Below are positions 56,801-64,000 of a stretch of 64,000 bases of DNA, in pieces. Numbering within the stretch: the first letter of the stretch is position 1; each line of letters opens with the position of its first letter. The notes beneath the pieces were generated by a model. That model was not told the DNA's origin. It saw nothing but the letters and a program-made list of their open reading frames with translations, and made no database searches. Made by a program: the position numbers and the translations under genes. The DNA is from a virus: IMG/VR virus record IMGVR_UViG_3300028535_000001; one strand, given 5' to 3'.

Positions 56801-59800
56801 ACCAAATTTAGCAACATCTACAGTTGAAGCACCAGCACCGTTATAATATCTATCTTGTTCCCCTTTATTAATTGTAGAGTTATCGTCAACTCTAGGTCTA
56901 AAATCTAAACAATCTCTTAACTCATAAGTGTCTCCAGTTGTATCCGAAGTATGAGAAGGAATATCTGCATAATCAACAGCACCTGAATAACTATCAACAG
57001 TAAATACTTCACCTGAACCATGAGAAAAGTAATCTACATCAACTTTTATAGAACCTGTTGGTTCAACAGCACCTTTTTTTAAGTGTACTCTGCCTTGGTC
57101 ATAGAAGTTATCTCTTTGACCATTGTCTAAAGTGAATCTATCTGAAATATCTATTTCTCCTGAACCTGTGTAAGTACCAAAAGCAGTTGCCATTTTAACA
57201 GAATTTAATTTGTAAATATCACTTCTACCTAATCTCACACCACCTTGTTTAGTAATATCTGCTAAACTAGTAGCACGTTTTGTATAATTTAAAACTAAAG
57301 TTTTTGTTTTTTCTTCTACAACTGATCTAACAATAGTAGCTAAAACTTTGATTTTATGTCCTGCATAATTAGCACCAAAATCTAAAATTATTGATTTACC
57401 TACTGGCGAACCAGTTAATGAAAATATTACATCACCTTCATGGTTATTTCCAGTTAAACTTAAAAAATCTCCTGTCGTACCTGTGCTACCTGAACCTGTT
57501 GACATTATTGAAACAGAAAAATCATATTCACCCATAGAAGGGAATACTTCGTTTGTACCTGCTGAAAGAGTTGCGTCTCCATTTGATCCTAATGTTGCTG
57601 TAAAGTGTCTTCTAACTTTAAAGTTTGTATCACTAGCACCAGAGTTAACAGTTGTTTTTAATGTCTTAACATTTTCATAAGGTAATTTGAATATTGAAAT
57701 ATTTTTACCTGAATCTTTAAATGTTGCTCTGTTTCTATTTGCACTTGTTTTAGTTGAAACATCTGAACCACCAACTGCACTAGATATTTCTAAAGAAGTA
57801 TTTGAAATAATAGCTTCAATAATTCTTGTTAGTGAAGTACCTGCGTCTGTAGTAAATGTGATTGAATCACCTACTCTTAATTCTGTATTAAATTTTGTAC
57901 CAAAACCTGTAATTGCATTGCCACTGTTTGCAACTGATATTGTACCTGTAATCTGTAAACTTTCTCCGTATGTAGAATCTATAAGAGTATCTGCTGTAAA
58001 TGCCGGAGTACCAGCCATACCAATTTGTTTTGTAGATGAGAAATCATATGAAGTAACACCTTTAAATCCTCTAGCGTCTGCTTGAATAGTAGCAGTGTTT
58101 GATGAAATACCACCTGTTATAGTTTCTCCAGCTGTAAATGTTCCGTTTACACTAGATAAAATAACAACTGATTGATCTGCCGTACCACCACTTGTATATG
58201 AAGTAAAACCAGAACCGTTTACATCTAATTCAAAATTTGAACTAGTTGGATTTTTTACTGTATATATGTTACCATTTAATTCTGTCATACCAACAACACC
58301 ATTGATTGTCACTTGTTGACCATCTTTTAAAGTGTTTGTAGAAGTTATTACAACAGGATTAGCTGCTGTTGCAGCTGTTATTGAATGTTGATTATTTGTT
58401 GATATACTTTCAAATGTACCTTTAGCACCTGAAGTACCACCTGTAATTTCTTCTCCATTTGTAAATGCTTGATTTTTTGCAACGTTGATATGAGTAAACA
58501 TAACAACATCAAATAGATAATGTTTGAAAACTGCACTTGTTAATGATGAACTTGCAAATATATTTGATGTAGCTGTACCTGAAGCATATTCAAATCCTTT
58601 AGACTTAGCACGACCTATTATAGGTATATTAGAACCTAATCCTGTATTTTCTGTTCCTCTTGCTGATGTTGCTGTATTATATAAACCAACTTTTTTAAAA
58701 GCTTCAACATCACCTGAAACAAATCCAATATCTGGAGAACCATATACGTTATTAACATACACATAGTTTCCTACATCAAATCTAGTATTAGAATTGTTTT
58801 GTGTATCAAAATCTCTTGCCTTATCTATATCTGCAAATCTTGTTCCAATAGTACTTATTTCAAAACCTTTAACGTATGCTTTACCTGGTGCTAAACCAGC
58901 AGCAATTTTAGTTTCTAATCCACCATCAGCTGAAGTGTAAATACCTCTATTATCTCCTGATAGTAAATGTTCTCTTAAATCTAAATCAAAATCTTTTATT
59001 GAATAATCACCTGATTCGTCAAATGTTCGTCTTGCTAATGTTTCTTCTAATATTGCATAATCAGTTGTTCTAACTTGGTTTTGAATAATACCATTTTTTA
59101 ATCTTAATAACTCTACAAAGTTTGAATCGTCTGTAGCAGTTAAAGATTTTTTAGTTAATGTTAAATCTATTTTAAATCTATGAGCACCTGGAGCATTTGT
59201 ATTTGAAACTCCTTGAGCATTATCATTTAAAGTTGTATCATCGTTTTGAGTTATAAAACTTTCTGTTATTATTAATCCTACTCTATAAGAAGGAGTGTTT
59301 GAATATTTTTCCAGTACTAAATTTTGTTTACTTACTTGAACATGAAATCCATTAATGTAATAAACACCTTCATTAACAGCGGCCATACTACCATCTGCTG
59401 TGGTATTAACTACTGCTGAAACTATTGTTGCTGTTGATTGTAAAGTTGTATTTGCTGATATAGTTTCTCCATCTGTAAATGCTGATGAAGTATTATTTGT
59501 ACCTGAATTTATATATTTAACAAGTAAAGTGTTTGGATCTGATCCATCTGTTGCTACAGTTTTAACAACTCTTGCTTTTAAACCTGAAGAAGCACCTGTT
59601 AAAGTTAAACCAACGAAATCTGTTAATACAACACCAACTGAAGCTGAATCTGTAAATGAAGTTAACTTAACAGCACCTACTATTAAGTCATAAGAAATAT
59701 CGCCAGGTATAACCATAGCGCCTTGTTCAAAGACGTGATCTGATAATCTCTCAATCTGATTTTGTAAAATTGATTGTGATTGTGTTAACTCTCTACCTTG

Positions 59801-59899
59801 TACAGCAAATGCTGGTCTATAAAGAACTCTATGAAACTTTTTAGTTTCAGTAAAGTCATCGTAGTAAGGCGAAAGATTAAAGTCAGTTGGACTTGGCAT
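53825..59899 (-). CDS. Large virion structural protein (DUF4815/VrlC-like, baseplate/tail associated)
   Basis: FNLSPYYDDF...FHRVLYRP..AVQ.RELTQ.QSILQNQ, APGAHR, LARRTFDESGDY, RFKNGFLVDNF, DPLAQTF. Confidence 0.92.
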   Translation of the reverse strand: MPSPTDFNLSPYYDDFTETKKFHRVLYRPAFAVQGRELTQSQSILQNQIERLSDHVFEQGAMVIPGDISYDLIVGAVKLTSFTDSASVGVVLTDFVGLTLTGASSGLKARVVKTVATDGSDPNTLLVKYINSGTNNTSSAFTDGETISANTTLQSTATIVSAVVNTTADGSMAAVNEGVYYINGFHVQVSKQNLVLEKYSNTPSYRVGLIITESFITQNDDTTLNDNAQGVSNTNAPGAHRFKIDLTLTKKSLTATDDSNFVELLRLKNGIIQNQVRTTDYAILEETLARRTFDESGDYSIKDFDLDLREHLLSGDNRGIYTSADGGLETKIAAGLAPGKAYVKGFEISTIGTRFADIDKARDFDTQNNSNTRFDVGNYVYVNNVYGSPDIGFVSGDVEAFKKVGLYNTATSARGTENTGLGSNIPIIGRAKSKGFEYASGTATSNIFASSSLTSAVFKHYLFDVVMFTHINVAKNQAFTNGEEITGGTSGAKGTFESISTNNQHSITAATAANPVVITSTNTLKDGQQVTINGVVGMTELNGNIYTVKNPTSSNFELDVNGSGFTSYTSGGTADQSVVILSSVNGTFTAGETITGGISSNTATIQADARGFKGVTSYDFSSTKQIGMAGTPAFTADTLIDSTYGESLQITGTISVANSGNAITGFGTKFNTELRVGDSITFTTDAGTSLTRIIEAIISNTSLEISSAVGGSDVSTKTSANRNRATFKDSGKNISIFKLPYENVKTLKTTVNSGASDTNFKVRRHFTATLGSNGDATLSAGTNEVFPSMGEYDFSVSIMSTGSGSTGTTGDFLSLTGNNHEGDVIFSLTGSPVGKSIILDFGANYAGHKIKVLATIVRSVVEEKTKTLVLNYTKRATSLADITKQGGVRLGRSDIYKLNSVKMATAFGTYTGSGEIDISDRFTLDNGQRDNFYDQGRVHLKKGAVEPTGSIKVDVDYFSHGSGEVFTVDSYSGAVDYADIPSHTSDTTGDTYELRDCLDFRPRVDDNSTINKGEQDRYYNGAGASTVDVAKFGSDISSDLEYYLSRIDKIFVDKDGKFQVARGASALIPQSPKNLDGAMHLYTLDIPAYTLTTDTIDITKVDNKRYTMRDIGRLENRLENTEYYTQLSLLEIQAANLQIQDAEGFDRFKNGFLVDNFTGHSVGDVGNLDYKISMDMARGEMRPMFHEDAVQLIEADDDGTSITALDRTDAKYAKTGDCMTLPYSETTLIDQPFASKFVNVNPFDVFSWAGNVQLTPPSDEWKETERIPELVINRTGSFDTLILGLGNTNLTSVAIGTVWNDWQEFWSGTPQEVSRQNLGRVRRGRAINQRTSITEQGQLSATRTGIRSRIVPQVIRTSIGDRVVSVGFVPFIRSRTLTFIATRMKPETRVYPFFDNIDIASYITPNGGSLGGNLVTNINGMVTGTFSIPDPKVNSNPRWRTGQRVFRLTSSVTNNLSTAVQTSAEADYVAKGALDTIQETIISTREAQTVRESTVETVSRGTQTRTRITETTIGWHDPLAQTFMIDDVGGVFATSVDLYFSSKDTNIPVTIQIREVVNGYPGKRIVPFSEKTLNPSSVNTSTDATTATTFTFDSPVYLQENTEYCFVVMAMTNNYNCYVGRLGEKVINSDRTISQQPYAGVLFKSQNGSTWTAEQNEDIKFKIKRAEFENVTGTVTLCNDVLPTRTLTTNAIRTTDTSSVIRISHPSHGMHGTANNVTIAGVPSATYNGIVHSDINGTYTSISNVTLDSYDVTTSGTATATGDIGGSTITATQNRSYDILNLNLATATVPGTNITYSIRPTTGRSIHGNESEFSLTTSTEAIPTIAGDNIYFNAPNMVASSVNETNEMSGNKSLFVNLTFTTTNTKLSPVLDMARVSAYTIQNRLNSATSFNTPNYVADTEASGTSTAGVYVTKPIVLENLSTALDVRMTSNVRATSSVLVYYRLSSSEEARNIDDISWTAFNDTGLEDTTVTPAEDDDTFREYKYSADGLNEFTTFQLKVVMKGTNSSYPPVMKDLRGIALAV

Positions 59900-59909
59900 T
59901 TAATTCTCC

Positions 59910-61379
59910 CTAAAATTCAATAACTAGTTTGATATTTTCTGTTTGGTCTGTTGCTCTTTGAATCGGAGCTCTATTTTCTACGTATAAAATATCACCAGTA
60001 TCGTGGTCTATTTCAGAAGCAGAATAACCACCTGAAAATACAACGTTATTAATTGTACTTGTAACACTTGTTTCCGGTGTACCTGTTGCTGATGAAGTTT
60101 GTCCTGTTATAACTTCGGTACTAGAAAATGCTGTTAAATTACCTGATGAGTCTACACCGGCGTCATTGTGTCTTGATTGCATATAATATAAAATTCTATT
60201 TGTTGCGTCCCATTCTACAACTTTACCAACAGCACCTGTAGTTGCTTGATTCAATTCTTCATCTACTACAAAAGTACCTGGAGTTGGAGTTGAGTTAATT
60301 CTAACTGCTTTAGTACCTCTTAATGTTGAAGCTATAGCGGTTGAACCACCAGCTGCTGGGTCTCTTATTAAAGTAATTTTTCTGAAATCATTACCAGCAT
60401 GGAAATCTCCAGAGTTTGCTGATTCTGTTCCTTCTAAATTTATATTTAGCATTACAAAAAAACCACCTAATTCTTCTACTGCATTAAATCCATTACCACC
60501 ATTTGGTGAGATAATAACATCTAATTCAGCACCTGTTAAACCTGTTGCACCAGCGGCTACAATTTCTGTATTTGAAACTGTACCAAAAGTGTAACCTGAT
60601 CCAACGTTAGTCATAGTTACCGAAGTAATAATACCACCTGCAACTACAACATTAGCTGTTGCACTTGATCCGTCACCTTTAATAGTAACTGAATGTGTAC
60701 CGTTTGCTCCACCTGAACCACTTGCTTTAATTTTTATACAATCAATTGATCCGTCTATAGCAGCTGCACTAACAGTTGAGTTAGTTGATACTCCCATAAA
60801 GTCTGTTGATAAAAAATTTGATTGTTGAGAAGCTGACATAGTGAACATGTATTTCCATTTATATCCGTCAGCAGTTGTTATGACACTTGTTGATGTACCA
60901 GATGGCTCAGTAGTTGAAGCTGTTGTACCATCGTTGTCTATGCACTTATAAACATTTCTGTCTGTAGTTAATACATAGAAATTAGCGTCATGTAAAATTG
61001 TTGCACCACTATTAGCAGTAATTCTTGTAGATGTACTACCTGTTAAGTATTCGCCATAGTCGTGTCTGTAAATATCGTATGTTGTTCCTGTTGCCCAATT
61101 TCTTCTTGGTATTGCAAAAGAAATATCTGAAGTTGTAATTTTCTTAGCTGCTAATAAATCATCGTAGGTATTGAACTCTGCAACAACACTGTCGCCTGGA
61201 GTTATTGGAGCTGCGTCTGTTCCTTCGTAATCTGTACGAGAATCAGCTCTTGTTAAAGTACCCCAAGGTTGAGGTCTTCCAAGTCCTAGGTAGTAAATGT
61301 TTGGCGAAGCTTCCGTGAAAGATTCGTGAAACTGTTCACTATTATTAATTCTGAATTTTGTTGTTATAATCGCTGGCAT
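59910..61379 (-). CDS. gp8: Baseplate wedge subunit
   Basis: MPAIIT.KFRI.N, IPRRNW..G..YD.YR, NVYKCIDN, DGYKWKYMF, GDILYVENR.PI.R..DQTE.IKLVIEF. Confidence 0.92.
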   Translation of the reverse strand: MPAIITTKFRINNSEQFHESFTEASPNIYYLGLGRPQPWGTLTRADSRTDYEGTDAAPITPGDSVVAEFNTYDDLLAAKKITTSDISFAIPRRNWATGTTYDIYRHDYGEYLTGSTSTRITANSGATILHDANFYVLTTDRNVYKCIDNDGTTASTTEPSGTSTSVITTADGYKWKYMFTMSASQQSNFLSTDFMGVSTNSTVSAAAIDGSIDCIKIKASGSGGANGTHSVTIKGDGSSATANVVVAGGIITSVTMTNVGSGYTFGTVSNTEIVAAGATGLTGAELDVIISPNGGNGFNAVEELGGFFVMLNINLEGTESANSGDFHAGNDFRKITLIRDPAAGGSTAIASTLRGTKAVRINSTPTPGTFVVDEELNQATTGAVGKVVEWDATNRILYYMQSRHNDAGVDSSGNLTAFSSTEVITGQTSSATGTPETSVTSTINNVVFSGGYSASEIDHDTGDILYVENRAPIQRATDQTENIKLVIEF

Positions 61380-62305
61380 TATGATGTTGTTCCTATAATT
61401 GTTTTTTGTGTAACGCCACTAGAATTTTTTACTAGTAGAGTTGACGCATTAGATAAGTTAGCCATAGTGATAGAACCACCAGTTATACTAACTGCATTGG
61501 CATTTTGACCAGCCATAGTACCTATTGTACCTAAAGCAAAATTGACAAATTGACTACCATTCCATTGCAAAATGTCGCCACTTGCAATACTTGACAAAAC
61601 AACATCGTTCATTTCAGTTAATTCATCATTTGCTGTAACACTTGAATCAACGTATTGTTTTGTTGCAATACCTAAATTTTTTGTTGGGTTACCGAATACT
61701 ACTACCTCGCCTGTACTATCTCCTTCTAACCAAGTTGTAGTTGTCGTACCATCCCAACCTGCAATTATCATTGCTCTAGTTTCACTGGCAGTATTACCAG
61801 AAGCATTTCCTATAATGACATTACCTGATCCAGTTTCTATAGTTTGACCTGCACCATGACCTACAAAAGTGTTGAGTTGTCCTGTATTTATTCTTAAACC
61901 TGCGTCTGAACCTATAACAGTATTTTTTTCTCCTGTTGCGTCTTTACCTGCTGAGTGACCTACAGCTGTACTTTTTCCTGAAGATGTGACTGATTCTAAA
62001 GCTGCAAACCCCACGGCAACGTTATCGTCTCCTGAAGTAATTGCTCTTAAAGATGTTTTACCAACGGCAACGTTTTCTTGTGCTGAACTCAAAGTACCTG
62101 TCACCGAGTGACCGATAATTATAGAGTTTGAAAAGTTTGTTCCCTCTTGTTTACCTGTAATAATACCAGTACTTAAAGTTGTACCGTTTCCTAAAGAAGT
62201 ATAAATTTCGGTAAAGTTATCGTTGATTAAAATACCACCGTCTCTAATAGTAGAACCTGTACCGTCATTTGGAGCTGAGCCGATGTTTATTGTTTGTTTT
62301 GCCAT
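61379..62305 (-). CDS. Baseplate-attached fibre protein (gp9/gp10-type N-terminus, adhesin-head-like repeats)
   Basis: MAKQTINIG..PNDGTG..IRDG...INDNFTEIY; N.AVG..A repeats; ATKQYVD. Confidence 0.8.
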   Translation of the reverse strand: MAKQTINIGSAPNDGTGSTIRDGGILINDNFTEIYTSLGNGTTLSTGIITGKQEGTNFSNSIIIGHSVTGTLSSAQENVAVGKTSLRAITSGDDNVAVGFAALESVTSSGKSTAVGHSAGKDATGEKNTVIGSDAGLRINTGQLNTFVGHGAGQTIETGSGNVIIGNASGNTASETRAMIIAGWDGTTTTTWLEGDSTGEVVVFGNPTKNLGIATKQYVDSSVTANDELTEMNDVVLSSIASGDILQWNGSQFVNFALGTIGTMAGQNANAVSITGGSITMANLSNASTLLVKNSSGVTQKTIIGTTS

Positions 62306-62314
62306 TTGTACCTT

Positions 62315-62334
62315 TATTTATAGTTATATTTATA
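62315..62334 (-). promoter_or_regulatory. Tandem late promoters
   Basis: TATAAATA at 62315-22 and 62327-34. Confidence 0.75.
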
Positions 62335-62368
62335 CGTTCATTGTGTCACTATTTACAATTTTATTTTA

Positions 62369-64000
62369 TTATATGTCTGTTTGGTCAAATTTATCAGTAT
62401 TACTATCCCATTTATTTATACCACCACTAAACGATTCATCTCCTGCCCAATACCTATCGTATTGGTCCCATGTTTCATTTCTGCTATCAAATGTATTAGT
62501 ATTACCACTAAACGATTTTTCTCCTGGGAATGTAATATCTGCTGGAAAAGTGAAGTTGGTCTTTAACATAAAACCATTATCATCTTCATTTACATTAGTA
62601 CCACTTATCATATTAAGTAGAGCTGTTGTACCATCTAAACTTGATCTAGTACCAATAACCTTTAATTCGTTTAATCTATCAAAAGTAATACCAGTTGTAC
62701 CATTAATACCAGTTGATCTATTACCTGTAACACCGTATGCTGTATTAGCCCACTTGTTTATTGAAGCAAATCTAGGACCACAATATGCAAATCCTTGATT
62801 TATATTTTTGTTCGTTCCAACTTTTCTTCTTAATCTTAAATTTAATTTAACACCTATAGGCGCTCTTGTTAAAGTCACAGCTCTAGTTGTAGAAGGAAAA
62901 TATGGATTTATTACTTCTGTAGAAGCAATCCATGGATCTTCTCTTAAACTTGTTCCATCATCTATTGTTCCTAATCTTCTACCAAATACAGTAGAAAATA
63001 TTAATTTCATCATTGAAATTATTGGTTCGCCAATTGTACCAGTGTTAAGAGCTTCTGCTATGCTAACTTGCATATTAATTCTACTCTCTAAATCAACTTG
63101 ACCTGTAAAATAAAAACCTGCTGTATGCATTGTTTTTTTAAATGCGTCTCTCCATAAATTAATTGAGTTACCTACTTTTAATACATAAGAATAATCTTGA
63201 TAGTATTTACTATCTTGGACTTTCATAGTATTTTCAGAAAGGTATCCTTTTTCATTTAAGAAAGTACCATCTGTATCTACTACAGCAGCGACATCTACAT
63301 TTATTGTAGTTAAATCTAAATATTTTAAAGTACCATCACCTCCTCCAGTTGATACTGTTTCATTTAATTGAAAAGTACCTGATACATTTTTTAATTTTAA
63401 TATATTTCTATCTGAATCCCAATCTGTTATTAATCCTGTTGCACCTGAAGAAGCACCTGTTAAAGTTAATCCGGTTCCAAAACTTCCTGTAACACCTATC
63501 AAAAATAAATTATTTACAAAAGATAATGTTGGAGGTGTAGGAGAATTTTGATATTTAATACCTAAATTTGTTGTTGTTATTCCTAAAACTTTTCCTACTT
63601 CTGTACCATAAGATAATAAGTTTGCATTTGCACCAGCTGAAGATGTTACCGTAACTGTTGGTAAAGTTTTATATCCGTCACCACCATTATATAAGTAAAC
63701 GTCTGTAATATCTCCTGTACCTGTATCTGATTCAAAAACAATTTTATCTCCTGTAAGATGATCTCCTGAAGTTGTCTGATCTTCTAATACTACATGATCT
63801 GTATCTTCATGTGCTACAGCACCATTAACAACAGTAACTACACCTTTAGCACCTGATCCAAATGTTCCTGTATTTACAAAACTTAATTCATCTCCAATTT
63901 CATAACCAGAACCCCCGGCGTCAACAATAACTTCCGTTAATTTACCAGAACCAACATCACTAACTTGAAAAGCAGCTTGTTCTCCACCACCTGTGACTGT
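62369..64000 (-). CDS. Baseplate wedge initiator (gp7-like), 5' end beyond the window
   Basis: Frame open to position 64000; QDSKYYQDYSYVLK..W...K.MH.AGF motif; upstream of gp8. Confidence 0.8.
   Translation of the reverse strand, partial: TVTGGGEQAAFQVSDVGSGKLTEVIVDAGGSGYEIGDELSFVNTGTFGSGAKGVVTVVNGAVAHEDTDHVVLEDQTTSGDHLTGDKIVFESDTGTGDITDVYLYNGGDGYKTLPTVTVTSSAGANANLLSYGTEVGKVLGITTTNLGIKYQNSPTPPTLSFVNNLFLIGVTGSFGTGLTLTGASSGATGLITDWDSDRNILKLKNVSGTFQLNETVSTGGGDGTLKYLDLTTINVDVAAVVDTDGTFLNEKGYLSENTMKVQDSKYYQDYSYVLKVGNSINLWRDAFKKTMHTAGFYFTGQVDLESRINMQVSIAEALNTGTIGEPIISMMKLIFSTVFGRRLGTIDDGTSLREDPWIASTEVINPYFPSTTRAVTLTRAPIGVKLNLRLRRKVGTNKNINQGFAYCGPRFASINKWANTAYGVTGNRSTGINGTTGITFDRLNELKVIGTRSSLDGTTALLNMISGTNVNEDDNGFMLKTNFTFPADITFPGEKSFSGNTNTFDSRNETWDQYDRYWAGDESFSGGINKWDSNTDKFDQTDI

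Noticed and set aside
748-63101. Numerous short antisense ORFs in the track (e.g. 748+, 5139+, 11577+, 13003+, 28912+, 57687+, 62223+, 37724-, 49179-)
   Set aside because: Shadow frames opposite well-supported genes, with no motifs or RBS.
1-64000. tRNA or rRNA genes
   Set aside because: Intergenic gaps are short and no cloverleaf or T-loop (GTTCRA) context was recognised by eye; tRNAscan-SE would be decisive.

Overview
AT-rich segment of a T4-like myovirus genome (Kyanoviridae/HTVC008M-like marine phage; a Pelagibacter-type host is inference only). The minus strand carries the T4 core: gp46/47/55, uvsW/uvsY, gp3, head genes 23-22-21-(68/67)-20, tail and packaging genes 19-18-17-16-15-14-13 and, at the right end, baseplate genes (gp7-like, gp8, a 2024-aa DUF4815/VrlC-like protein). 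Between the neck and baseplate genes lie two blocks. The first is a set of Pro-poor collagen-like fibre proteins built from G-[FY]-[TS]-G-S-K-G-D-x repeats. The second, diverging from a single palindromic late promoter, is a ~23-kb island of tailoring enzymes: about 6 glycosyltransferase-type genes, 5 radical SAM enzymes (two with a separately encoded SPASM/twitch-like partner), 3 QueC-like PP-loop paralogues, carbamoyltransferase, DegT aminotransferase, epimerase, methyltransferases, SGNH protein, AspH-like hydroxylase, cysteine hydrolase and Fe-S/metal helpers (SufT-like, DUF1289, MOSC). A third split rSAM/SPASM pair sits next to gp23. The best candidate for a new system is a phage-encoded pathway that glycosylates and chemically decorates its own collagen-like virion fibres. 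Other notable signals are recurrent late-promoter-N5-ATG (leaderless) geometry, a duplication scar around an FkbM gene, a metallothionein-like peptide, and short motifs shared between virion proteins. No tRNA, CRISPR, intron or transposase was recognised. All family calls are from motif recognition by eye; no searches were run.
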